From positions 6,097-70,096 of the forward strand of contig JAHFVG010000019.1 in assembly GCA_023264675.1 (NCBI GenBank): a stretch of 64,000 bases of DNA, given 5' to 3'. This stretch comes from Rhodococcus sp. (in: high G+C Gram-positive bacteria). Lineage in GTDB: Bacteria; Actinomycetota; Actinomycetes; Mycobacteriales; Mycobacteriaceae. Under the pieces are notes generated by a model. That model was not told the DNA's origin and did no database searches. It saw only the letters and a list, made by a program, of their open reading frames with translations. Made by a program: the position numbers and the translations under genes. Shown piece by piece: positions 53,955 to 63,305 of this stretch (its first letter is position 1; every line of letters begins with the position of its first letter).

Positions 53955-54974
53955 TCAGCGCCAGCCGAGGGCCGGAGCGACTTCGGTGAGCAGCGCGTCC
54001 ATCACGTGGGCGCAGTAGTCGACGCCGAGCTGATTCGGGACCGTCAGCAGCACCGTGTCGGCGGCAGCGATGGCCTCGTCGGCGGCGAGCTCCTCGATCA
54101 GTCGGTCCGGTTCGCCCGCGTACGACTTCCCGAAGCGGGCGATCCCTCCGTCGATGTAACCGACCTGATCGTCCCCGTCGGCTTGTCGGCCGAAGTAGGC
54201 GCGATCGATATCGTCGACGATCGGGAAGATGCTGCGACTCACCGACACGCGAGGCTCGAAGGCGTGACCCGAATCGGCCCACGTCTTCCGGAACCGCTCG
54301 ATCTGCTCGGCCTGGAGCTGATGGAACGGTATACCCGTGTCCTCGGTCAACAGTGTCGAGCTCATCAAATTCATACCCTGCTCGGCAGCCCACTCCGCAG
54401 TCTGGCGGTTACCTGCACCCCACCAGATTCTCGACCGCAGTCCCTCCGAGTGCGGTTCGAGACGGAGCAAACCCGGTGGATTGGGAAACATCGGGCGCGG
54501 ATTCGGCTGCGCGAAACCCTGTCCGTTCAGCAGATCGAGGAACGTCCGCGTGTGTTCCCGCGCCATCTCCGCGTGATCGGTTCCGTCGGCCGGCGCATGG
54601 CCGAAGTAGCGGTATCCCTCGATGACCTGCTCGGGCGATCCCCGGCTGATTCCGAGTTGTAGTCTGCCGCCCGAGATCAGATCCGCGGAGCTTGCGTCCT
54701 CGATCATGTAGTACGGGTTCTCGTAGCGCATGTCGATCACGCCGGTCCCGATCTCGATTTTCGACGTCTTCGCACCGATTGCCGCGAGCAGCGGAAACGG
54801 CGAGGACAGCTGATTGGCGAAGTGGTGGACACGGTAGTAAGCGCCGTCGGCGCCCAACTCCTCGGCTGCCACGGCGAGGTCTATCGACTGGAGGAGGACG
54901 TCGGAGGCCGAGCGCGTCTGCGACTGCGGGGACGGCGTCCAGTGACCGAAGGACAGAAACCCGATCTTCTTCAT
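53955..54974 (-). CDS. LLM-class flavin-dependent oxidoreductase
   Basis: MKKIGFLSFGHW, YRVHHF, ISRGSPE, WWGAG. Confidence 0.9.
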   Translation of the reverse strand: MKKIGFLSFGHWTPSPQSQTRSASDVLLQSIDLAVAAEELGADGAYYRVHHFANQLSSPFPLLAAIGAKTSKIEIGTGVIDMRYENPYYMIEDASSADLISGGRLQLGISRGSPEQVIEGYRYFGHAPADGTDHAEMAREHTRTFLDLLNGQGFAQPNPRPMFPNPPGLLRLEPHSEGLRSRIWWGAGNRQTAEWAAEQGMNLMSSTLLTEDTGIPFHQLQAEQIERFRKTWADSGHAFEPRVSVSRSIFPIVDDIDRAYFGRQADGDDQVGYIDGGIARFGKSYAGEPDRLIEELAADEAIAAADTVLLTVPNQLGVDYCAHVMDALLTEVAPALGWR

Positions 54975-55074
54975 TGACGTTTCAACATAGTTATCGCGGT
55001 GCAGTATTCCCTGTCGGGTCGGCTATCGAAGAGATGGCCTCGGGTGCCGGACGGCCGGGTGAGATAATGCACCG

Positions 55075-55875
55075 GTGGATGCACGAACAAAGAACAACGT
55101 CACGGTCGTCGGGGCCACGGACGGCCCGACGGTGATGCTGGCCCACGGGTTCGGCTGCGATCAGAACCTGTGGCGCGCAGTCACCGAGCTGTTGACCCCG
55201 TCATGCCGCGTCGTATTGTTCGACCACGTAGGAGCCGGTCGATCCGACCTGTCCGCGTGGAACGAGGACGAGTACTCGACGCTCGATGCGTATGCCTCCG
55301 ACGTCGTCGACATCGTTCGCGACCTCGACCTGCACGACGTCGTGTTCGTCGGGCACTCGGTGGCGTCGATGATCGGTGTGCTGGCGGCCGCGAACCACCC
55401 CGAACTCTTCTCGCGACTCGTGCTGCTGACGCCGTCCCCCCGATACATCGACGATGGTGACTACCGCGGTGGGTTCAGCCGAGGTGATATCGACGAGCTG
55501 CTCGAATCTCTCGACAGCAACTATCTCGGTTGGTCACGGGCGATGGCGCCGTCGATCATGGGAAATCCGGACCGCCCCGAACTGGGTGAGCAGCTGACCG
55601 ACAGCTTCTGCAGAACAGATCCGTCGGCTGCGCGTGCGTTCGCACGAGCGACGTTCCTCTCGGACAACCGCGAAGATCTCGGCCGCGTGTCGACGCCGAC
55701 ACTGGTCATCGAATGCGCCGAGGATTCGTTGGCCCCTCGTTCGGTCGGTCGCTATGTGCGTGATCACATCGACGGCGCCGAGATGGTCACCCTCGACGCC
55801 AGCGGACACTGCCCTCACGTCAGCGATCCCGAGGCAACGGCAGCGGCAATTCTGTCGTTCGTTCACTCCCGATGA
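55075..55875 (+). CDS. RsbQ-like alpha/beta hydrolase (D14/KAI2-related)
   Basis: NNVTVVG, LAHGFGCDQNLW, GHSV, SPRY, GHCPH; coupled to a PAS-PP2C gene. Confidence 0.87.
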   Translation: MDARTKNNVTVVGATDGPTVMLAHGFGCDQNLWRAVTELLTPSCRVVLFDHVGAGRSDLSAWNEDEYSTLDAYASDVVDIVRDLDLHDVVFVGHSVASMIGVLAAANHPELFSRLVLLTPSPRYIDDGDYRGGFSRGDIDELLESLDSNYLGWSRAMAPSIMGNPDRPELGEQLTDSFCRTDPSAARAFARATFLSDNREDLGRVSTPTLVIECAEDSLAPRSVGRYVRDHIDGAEMVTLDASGHCPHVSDPEATAAAILSFVHSR

Positions 55876-57071
55876 ACGAGGACGATCCCGTGCTGCACGA
55901 CACCGCGGAGGATCTCTACGAGAACGCTCCGTGCGGCTATCTGTCGACGTGGCCCGACGGCCGAATCGCGCGAGCCAATGCGACCATCCTCGGCTGGCTC
56001 GGCTTCGACGGCGACCGCGTCGTCGGTCGCCGATTCGTGGATCTTCTGACTGTCGGTGGCCGCATTCACTTCGAAACGCACTTTGCGCCGGTTCTACGGC
56101 TGAACGGCGAATTGGACAGCGTAGCACTGGATCTCGTGGACTCGGCCGGGGTTCGGCTGCCGATGTTCATCACTGCCAATGTCAAAGTCAGCGCCGATGG
56201 CACTCCGATGTCCATTCGAATCACCGCGATCGATGCCCGAGACCGGCGTTCCTACGAGCGTGAGTTGCTCGAGGAGCGGCGTCTGGCCGAACTGGAGCGG
56301 GAGCGAACTCAGTTGCTCGCGAAGACACTTCAGCGATCGCTTCTGCCGCCGACACTGTCACCGCCGCCTGGACTCGACGCTGCCGCGTATTACCATTTCG
56401 CGTCACGATACGACGTCGGTGGCGACTTCTACGACCTGTTCCCGCTGGCAGACGACCGGTGGGGTTTCTTTCTGGGTGATGTCTGTGGGAAAGGGCCCGA
56501 TGCGGCCGTCGTGACATCCTCGACGCGCTACACCCTGCGTGCGGCCGCAGTCTACGACCGCGACCCGGTTGCCGTGCTGCACAATCTCAATTCGGTGCTG
56601 TATCAGGAATTCGGGCACGACGATGCACGATTCTGCACCGTGGTCTTCGGAGTTCTCACCTCGTGCGACGGTGGATTCGACGTCGAGCTCGCCAGCGGTG
56701 GGCATCCGCCTGCCCTGGTGCTGCGATCGGACGGATCGGCCAGGTACATCGACACGCCCGGTGGACAACTCGTCGGAATTCTTCCCGACGCCCGCTTCAC
56801 TTCGGCGCGGATTCTGCTCGCGCCAGGCGATACGTTGGTGCTCTACACCGACGGGCTCACCGAAGCCAGAACCGGCCGCGGCCGGGAGCGATACGACGAG
56901 AACGACACACTGCTGGACTTTGCGCGTTCGACTGCTCCATCGAACGCCCACGACACTGTCGCCGCGCTGCGCGAGATTCTGGACGGCTTCGGCGAGGGGC
57001 TGGAAGACGACGCCGCCATCCTGGCTTTCGGTGTTCCGCCGCACTACGACCCGGCAGGCGCCACGTCCTGA
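55872..57071 (+). CDS. RsbP-like PAS domain + PP2C/SpoIIE phosphatase
   Basis: N-terminal PAS (LYENAPCGY), LQRSLLP, GGDFYD, GDVCGKG, LYTDGL, DD. ATGA overlap. Confidence 0.9.
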   Translation: MNEDDPVLHDTAEDLYENAPCGYLSTWPDGRIARANATILGWLGFDGDRVVGRRFVDLLTVGGRIHFETHFAPVLRLNGELDSVALDLVDSAGVRLPMFITANVKVSADGTPMSIRITAIDARDRRSYERELLEERRLAELERERTQLLAKTLQRSLLPPTLSPPPGLDAAAYYHFASRYDVGGDFYDLFPLADDRWGFFLGDVCGKGPDAAVVTSSTRYTLRAAAVYDRDPVAVLHNLNSVLYQEFGHDDARFCTVVFGVLTSCDGGFDVELASGGHPPALVLRSDGSARYIDTPGGQLVGILPDARFTSARILLAPGDTLVLYTDGLTEARTGRGRERYDENDTLLDFARSTAPSNAHDTVAALREILDGFGEGLEDDAAILAFGVPPHYDPAGATS

Positions 57072-58156
57072 CGGGAGATCAGCTTCGCCAGAAGGCTGGG
57101 AAGCGTCACCGACAGATCGTGCTCGGCAGCGACGCGAGCGCGCGCGGCATCGGCGATGGTGCGTCGCAGCTCGGCGTCGGCGAGAACCGACCGTAGAGCC
57201 TCGGCCAAGGCGCCGACGTTGCCCGGCTCCACCAAGATTCCTGCGCCGGCGGCGAGAAACTCGCTGGTCCCTCCGTGATCGGTCCCGACCACCGGAAGTC
57301 CATGAGACATGGCTTCGAGCACCGAGAGTGGTCCCGCTTCAGGGGACGTGCTTGCCGAGACCACGACATCCCAACGCTGCAATGCGGTGTCGGGATCGAC
57401 GTGGCCGAGGAACGCGACGCGGTCGGCGAGATCCGGTCGCCGAGCCCGTGCGGAGAGTTCTGCAACGTAGTCTGCATCGCCCGGAAAGCTGCTGCCCGCC
57501 AACTCGACACGAATTCCGGGAACCATCGCCGCCGCGTCCAGCAAGACTCGGTGTCCCTTCCACTCGGTGAGGAGAGCCAGCATTCCGACGACCGGCGGAT
57601 CGTGTAGTTCGCCGCCGAAGCGAGAGACGGGCCAGCGGACGCCGTTGTGCGAGACGATCACGGGGACGTCGGCGATGCGCAGCGGGACCGCAGTGGCGTC
57701 GGACACCGACACCGCGAGGCGAATTGCCGGTTTGCTGATCGCCACCACTGCGCGTTGCTTGCTGCTCGTCATGGTGTCGTGCACCAACCACGACGCCCCG
57801 CGCGTGGGCCGTGCCACACGCGCAACCGGCAAGGCGAACAGCGAGTTCACCACGGTCGCGGTGTCCTCGGCTCGCGCGAGCGGGCGAAGCTTTCGTCCGG
57901 CGGCGATCCACCGGTACACCAGACGTACAGCGGCAAGTCCGCGCGCCACACCTCGTTCGCCGCCGAGGCCGAGCTGGTCGATCTCCACGTGTCGGACACC
58001 GCTGGGAAGTGACTCGGCAAGCCGACCCGACGGACACGCGACGATGACGTCGAGCCCATCACGGCGTGCCTCACCGATCAGGTCGAGCAATACCTTCTCC
58101 GCTCCGGAGACCTGACCCGTGTGAGCAAGAAACAGGACCTTCGATGTACCGATCAT
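57044..58156 (-). CDS. Glycosyltransferase family 4
   Basis: SGAE, KGH, EAG..SVLEAMSHG.PVV. Start moved to ATG 58156. Confidence 0.88.
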   Translation of the reverse strand: MIGTSKVLFLAHTGQVSGAEKVLLDLIGEARRDGLDVIVACPSGRLAESLPSGVRHVEIDQLGLGGERGVARGLAAVRLVYRWIAAGRKLRPLARAEDTATVVNSLFALPVARVARPTRGASWLVHDTMTSSKQRAVVAISKPAIRLAVSVSDATAVPLRIADVPVIVSHNGVRWPVSRFGGELHDPPVVGMLALLTEWKGHRVLLDAAAMVPGIRVELAGSSFPGDADYVAELSARARRPDLADRVAFLGHVDPDTALQRWDVVVSASTSPEAGPLSVLEAMSHGLPVVGTDHGGTSEFLAAGAGILVEPGNVGALAEALRSVLADAELRRTIADAARARVAAEHDLSVTLPSLLAKLISRQDVAPAGS

Positions 58157-58220
58157 CGGCAACACCCCTTCGTTCGGCGACGACATCTGTCGATTCGATC
58201 GGCCACTGCCCGCCCGAGCA

Positions 58221-59459
58221 CTACCGATCACACGTAGTGGGGGCAGGGATTCCCGCCAGGCGTCCGTCGACCCAATCCACCACGGCTCGGCCGACATTCA
58301 ATATTCCGTGGCCCTGCCCCGGCGCGACGACGAGATCGATGGTGTCGCCCATCGCGCAACCCTCGCGGACGGCATTCTCGGTCCACGGGGGCAATATCAG
58401 TTCGTCCTGGTCGCCGTAGGCGACCAACATGGGGCGGGGAGACGGTCCGCTGGGTTCGGAGTAGTCTGCCAGAGCCGCGCGCAGCCGCTCGGCGGCACCG
58501 ACATTCGCCGGGAGGTAGTTCTCCGGAGTCACTTCCTCGGCGATCTTCGCCTGCAATCCTGCTTTTTCGTCGACGCAGGCCGTGAACACATCGCTCCGCT
58601 CGGCCAGGACTCCATGAAGATAGTCCTCGGGCTCGACGTCGGGGTGGGTGAGCCTGATCCCGTCGAGAAGTGCCGGCAGCACGGTGATCTGCTCGTCCGT
58701 CAGCGTTCCGTTCTGCATGGAGTCGACGAGCGGAGTCAGGTCCGTGGCCGGGGAGACGCTGATCGAGCCGAGAAGATTCAGTCCCTGCCCGTAGTCGCCG
58801 GACAACTCGTTCGCGGACCAGACCGCCTGTCCGCCTTGGGAAACACCGTACCCAAGCCAGTCCATCGAGGTACCGGGCACTGCTTCGCGGGCGGCGCGTA
58901 CGGCATCGATGATGTTGTACCCCGCGCTTGTCGGCTCGAGGTACGGATGCGGCCCCGGTGTGCCGAGACCCTGGTAGTCGGTCATGACGACGACATACCC
59001 GTTGGCGAGAAAGGGAATGACGGTCGGAAGATTGCCGAGCAGTCCGATGTTCGCCGACGGAGCGCATCGACTGGCAGAACCCGAGGTCGAATGTCCGATG
59101 GACACCACTCGCCATCCACCGGGTGGAGGATCGCCCTTGGGAACGAACAGAACTCCCGACACTTCGGTCGGCGAACCGTCGATGCCGGAGGTCGATCGAT
59201 AGCGGATGGTGTTCGAGGTCTGCGTCAGGGATTCCAGCGCCGCGTATCCCTGGAAAGGGGACGGAGCGCCGATCAGTTCGCCGGGGGACGCATTCGCCAC
59301 TTCGTCGCTGACCGAGGGCTCGGCTCCGCCGGTACCGGAGCATGCCACACCCGCGACAACGAGCATCAACGCTCCGAGCGCCATCGAGAATCGCCTCGGG
59401 CGAAAATGCCGTCCGAAGCTGCGTGATCCGGCCGTGCTGCGGGGTTCAGGCCCGGACAT
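58221..59459 (-). CDS. Secreted/lipoprotein lipase-esterase (LIP family)
   Basis: Hydrophobic signal ending in VAC, TDYQGLGTPG.HPY, GVSQGG, YGDQD, GHG. Start is approximate. Confidence 0.82.
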   Translation of the reverse strand: MSGPEPRSTAGSRSFGRHFRPRRFSMALGALMLVVAGVACSGTGGAEPSVSDEVANASPGELIGAPSPFQGYAALESLTQTSNTIRYRSTSGIDGSPTEVSGVLFVPKGDPPPGGWRVVSIGHSTSGSASRCAPSANIGLLGNLPTVIPFLANGYVVVMTDYQGLGTPGPHPYLEPTSAGYNIIDAVRAAREAVPGTSMDWLGYGVSQGGQAVWSANELSGDYGQGLNLLGSISVSPATDLTPLVDSMQNGTLTDEQITVLPALLDGIRLTHPDVEPEDYLHGVLAERSDVFTACVDEKAGLQAKIAEEVTPENYLPANVGAAERLRAALADYSEPSGPSPRPMLVAYGDQDELILPPWTENAVREGCAMGDTIDLVVAPGQGHGILNVGRAVVDWVDGRLAGIPAPTTCDR

Positions 59460-60711
59460 CCTGAAGCAGCCCAACCGGATCGGTGCACGCGCGTACGAGT
59501 GCAGACTCGATGATCTCATCGTCGACGAACTTGTTGCAGTACGACGCGGTGTAGGTGCGGCCGCCACCGACCTCGGTGATGAGCATGGTGACTCCGTCGG
59601 GCCCATCCGGTTCCAACGATGCCGCGACCTGCGGAGGGCGTCCGTCCTCGGCCCACTTCAGATGGCCGAACATCGGCAGCTTTCCGAGATCGCTCACGGC
59701 GAGCCTCAGTGCGTTCGGTACCTCGACCACCTGGGTGTTCGACGCTCCGCCTGCGGTGCGCGGCCTGATGGCATCCTTGAGTTCGGACATACCGAGAATC
59801 GCGATCGGCCAACCGGAGTCGATGACATCGCGCATCGTCGATGCGATGTCCGCGGGAGTCGAGTTCTCGGGCAGATGTAGCGGAATCCCGACGGCGAAGT
59901 TCCCGTGTGCACCGAGGAATTCGGGAGCGAGATAGCGCCGCGAATTGAACAGAATCATGATGTGCTCGTCGACCGTGACGTTCTCGGCGCGTAATGCTGC
60001 CGCCCACAACGCAACCGAGATGGATGCCGAAGTAGCACCCTCGGCATGCGACGAAGACCATTTCTTCAACTGTGCGACCTGGGCCGGTGCCATGTAACCG
60101 GATTTGCTGACCTTCGCGCTCGTCCAGTCCTCGATCTTCTGGGTGGGCAGAGAATCCTGCGTCGGCGGTCGCTTGTGGGCGCCTCGAAGTCGCCAGAAGT
60201 CGCGCAGGGCACGAGGATGCGCGCCGTAGTGGCGCCGCAGGGCGGTCCATGTCGCGCGGGCGGGCAAGCTTTCGGCAAGTCCGGCGGCACGGGAACCGTC
60301 GGGATCGCTTGCCAACGCCGCCATCGCCATCAGACCCATTTGTCCGTCGCCGATTCCATGGGAGAAGTCGACGGCGAGATAGTCTCCCCAGATCAACACC
60401 TCGAGTGGGCTACGTCGCCCCGGGCGGTTTCTGATGTCCGTCAACAATTTTCCGAGGTCGGCGGTATCGGCGTCGGGGGAGTGGTGTACATCGTTGTCGG
60501 CGAACGAGGTTCGATAGTTCCATTCGCGCGAGGCCGAATCCGGGGCGAGCGCTATCCTGGCGGCGGCGGACGCGCGTTCGGCCTCGGTGAGGGTTGCGCG
60601 CGTGCCTGCAGGATCCAGATCGAGGAGCGGGCCGATGACCGCGATGATGCGGCCGTCGGCGAACACTCGGTCCATCGCAGTCGGGCGATAGGTGCGCTCA
60701 GAGGGCGGCAT
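59446..60711 (-). CDS. CoA-dependent acyltransferase (condensation/CAT-like fold, HxxxDG)
   Basis: AVDFSHGIGDG active-site-like motif; N.R...GNF segment and SDLG motif typical of condensation/PapA-like proteins. Start is 60711 or 60675. Confidence 0.6.
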   Translation of the reverse strand: MPPSERTYRPTAMDRVFADGRIIAVIGPLLDLDPAGTRATLTEAERASAAARIALAPDSASREWNYRTSFADNDVHHSPDADTADLGKLLTDIRNRPGRRSPLEVLIWGDYLAVDFSHGIGDGQMGLMAMAALASDPDGSRAAGLAESLPARATWTALRRHYGAHPRALRDFWRLRGAHKRPPTQDSLPTQKIEDWTSAKVSKSGYMAPAQVAQLKKWSSSHAEGATSASISVALWAAALRAENVTVDEHIMILFNSRRYLAPEFLGAHGNFAVGIPLHLPENSTPADIASTMRDVIDSGWPIAILGMSELKDAIRPRTAGGASNTQVVEVPNALRLAVSDLGKLPMFGHLKWAEDGRPPQVAASLEPDGPDGVTMLITEVGGGRTYTASYCNKFVDDEIIESALVRACTDPVGLLQDVRA

Positions 60712-61807
60712 CGACGACCTCGGCCATCCTGTCGCGGAAGTGGCTGCGGGAGAAGCCTTCGGACCAGGTTCTGATTTCTGCGCGGTCGAAGTCGCCCGGA
60801 GAGAACGACCGCATCGCGGCCGCGAAGCCGTCGATGACTTCTTCGTCCGTCCCCGGTGCAACGTGCAGACCCGTCTTACCCGGTACGACGGTGTCGATCG
60901 CACCGCCTTCGCCGAGAGCGATCACCGGCGTTCCGGTAGCCATCGACTCGACGGGAACGATTCCGAAATCCTCGATGCCCGGCATCAGCAGTGCGCGTGT
61001 CGTGCGGTGGAGTTCGAGCAACTGCTCGTGCGAGACCCGGCCCAGAAATGTCGTCTTGGGGCCTGCCATCTCTCGGCAGGCATCCATCGCCCTGCCGTCT
61101 CCTGCCACCACCAACGGCACGTCGGCCAGTGCCGCTGCTCGCACGGCGATATCCGGTCGCTTGTAGGGAACCAGTCGTCCCGCCAGCAGGAAGAAGTCCG
61201 CGCGTTCGACGGATGGATCGGGGGTGAATCCCTCCGTATCGACCGGTGGATGCACGACGAGTGCGTCGTCGCGGCCCCACCAGTCTGCGATCCGTTGCGC
61301 TACCGCCGTCGAATTCGCAACCACCGTCGTCAGTTTCGGTGCCGCGGAAGTTTCGCATCGCCTAGCCACGGCCGACAGCGCGGTGAGAACGGCCGCTCCC
61401 GCCTTGCCTCCGCCTTCTCCCGCTCGAAGCTCCGGATCCCACGCCCATCGCGCCGGGCTGTGGACATAGGCGATCACCGGTGCGTCGGTGGCGAAAACAG
61501 CCTGGGTGGCGAACGCGTGATGACTCACCACCACTGCCTCGTAGTCCTGTAGCTTCATCCGGCGGAAGGCGAGCGGGACCATGGGCAGCACCGGTGCGTA
61601 CGAGCGTTGACCGATGGCGTTGTACACCCCGTTCAGCCACGTCGTGGTGGGCGGTGTCGTCAGGCCTGCGGGTATGCCTTCTTCTCGTGCGATCGGAGCG
61701 AAGACGTCTGCGTTCGGCCAATGTATGGCCAACTGCTCCATCACGTGTTCGGAACCGGCGATCTCGGTGAATCGCTCGTGTACCAACGCGAGCCTGTTAT
61801 CCGGCAT
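60698..61807 (-). CDS. Glycosyltransferase family 4 (WbaZ-like)
   Basis: HE...GSE, YVHSPARW, RLVPYKR, EDFGIVPVESMA.G.PV. Confidence 0.9.
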   Translation of the reverse strand: MPDNRLALVHERFTEIAGSEHVMEQLAIHWPNADVFAPIAREEGIPAGLTTPPTTTWLNGVYNAIGQRSYAPVLPMVPLAFRRMKLQDYEAVVVSHHAFATQAVFATDAPVIAYVHSPARWAWDPELRAGEGGGKAGAAVLTALSAVARRCETSAAPKLTTVVANSTAVAQRIADWWGRDDALVVHPPVDTEGFTPDPSVERADFFLLAGRLVPYKRPDIAVRAAALADVPLVVAGDGRAMDACREMAGPKTTFLGRVSHEQLLELHRTTRALLMPGIEDFGIVPVESMATGTPVIALGEGGAIDTVVPGKTGLHVAPGTDEEVIDGFAAAMRSFSPGDFDRAEIRTWSEGFSRSHFRDRMAEVVDAAL

Positions 61808-63065
61808 TGCTCTCGACCTCCGCGCTCTTCGGTGACGTCGGCTGCGATGCGGGGCGCTTGCGGCTCTTCGGCTGCAACAGCAGATAAGCGGGACGCTCGA
61901 ACTCCGAGATTCGTTTCAGCGTGCGCGCTGCTTCCTTGCGATCATGTCCGCCCTTGGACAGCAGAACCACCACGGTATCGACGTCCTCGACATCCACTGC
62001 ACGCCACCATTCGTCGGTCAGGCCCATGGTGACTACCGCGGATCGCTGCGGGCGGTCAGCCGATGCATAGGTGGGCGGTGGTACGTATGCGGCGTCGTCG
62101 CCGACAAGCACGACGATCACCGAATCGCGTGTGTGAGCGGAGTGTCTTGCATTGGTGGCGGTATCGACGCTGTCACGTTGTAGTGCGTCGATCTTCGCCA
62201 CCAACACCGGGGGCAGAGTGTCCGACGCCCCGGTGTCGAACCGAGCTCCGTTCTTCTTCGCCGCGCGTCGTGCCCACGATCGATTCGGCCTCGATCCGAA
62301 TCTGCCGCGCAGCAGCACGATCAATTCGGCGGCGACGATCAGAGCGGCGAGAGCGGCAACCAATGCCTCGGACAACGGCTTCGGGGCCACGGGGGTTGTG
62401 CTCTGCTCCGGACTGGCCAATACCACGAGTTGGTCGCCGCCACTGCTCTGGAGAGTGGACAGCTGAGTTTGAAGATTGGTCAGTTCCGTTGCCGCTGTCG
62501 TTCGTGTCGGATCGTCGGCGGCAAGGCCCGAAACCTTGGCTTCCGCGGCAGCGATGGCCGCCTGCGCCTGCTCGACCTGCCCCTGCGTGTCGCGGGCGTA
62601 GTTGGCTTGCGATGCCTGCGCAACGGTGGAGACGAGTGATTGCGCAAGTTCGAGTGCAAGTTCGGGCGAATCCGCGGTGACGGTGAACGTCAGAAGGGCG
62701 GGGGAGGTGCCAGGGGTCAAGGTCACACTGCTCGCGAGTTCGGAGGCATCCAGATCGGTATCGACCTGACCCAGAACCTGCTGCAGCACGTCGGTATCGG
62801 TGGCGAGTTGGATGAATGGCCCTCGCATCTGTTCGATGAACGCGTCACCGGGGACCAGAGTCTGGGTCGGCTTCACTTCGGTGACGACCGATGCCGAATA
62901 CTCCTTGTCGGTCAACTCGCTTCGAACATAGAACACAGCGGCTCCGACGATCAACGCGACAACCAACGCGGGCAGCAATGCGCGACCGAGTTCACGCATG
63001 TGTCCAGCCAGGTCTATCGAAGGAGGGACATCGCTGCGGTGGGTGGCGTTCTCTACGTGCACCAA
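61797..63065 (-). CDS. Polysaccharide co-polymerase/chain-length regulator (Wzz/CpsC-like)
   Basis: N-terminal TM, Y.AS, coiled coil, P..P.P + second TM; degenerate cytoplasmic tail. Confidence 0.7.
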   Translation of the reverse strand: MVHVENATHRSDVPPSIDLAGHMRELGRALLPALVVALIVGAAVFYVRSELTDKEYSASVVTEVKPTQTLVPGDAFIEQMRGPFIQLATDTDVLQQVLGQVDTDLDASELASSVTLTPGTSPALLTFTVTADSPELALELAQSLVSTVAQASQANYARDTQGQVEQAQAAIAAAEAKVSGLAADDPTRTTAATELTNLQTQLSTLQSSGGDQLVVLASPEQSTTPVAPKPLSEALVAALAALIVAAELIVLLRGRFGSRPNRSWARRAAKKNGARFDTGASDTLPPVLVAKIDALQRDSVDTATNARHSAHTRDSVIVVLVGDDAAYVPPPTYASADRPQRSAVVTMGLTDEWWRAVDVEDVDTVVVLLSKGGHDRKEAARTLKRISEFERPAYLLLQPKSRKRPASQPTSPKSAEVESNAG

Positions 63066-63305
63066 CCGAATCTCCTTACGTCGTCTTTTCGATGATAACC
63101 GAGCAGTAGCACGGTTCGTTGCCTTCGGTCTGGCCTGTCGGTCTCGGGTGTGCGTCGCTGCTGGTCAACATCATCGATGAGGGTGAAATATGCAGGAGTG
63201 CAGAAAAACTCGTTGAAACGGGGTGTGGTCTTGTTTCGAGTGCGAAATCGAACGGCTGATGCTGAAACGGTGTTCGCGGCAGACCGGGTACCGCGGACGG
63301 CCCGG

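Noticed and set aside
4053-60903. Long N-terminal extensions in the ORF track (e.g. 4053, 10784, 11623, 12479, 15104, 42670, 50054, 60903)
   Set aside because: Downstream starts have RBSs or stop-start overlaps and match where family homology begins; the extensions are low-complexity and overlap neighbouring genes or operators.
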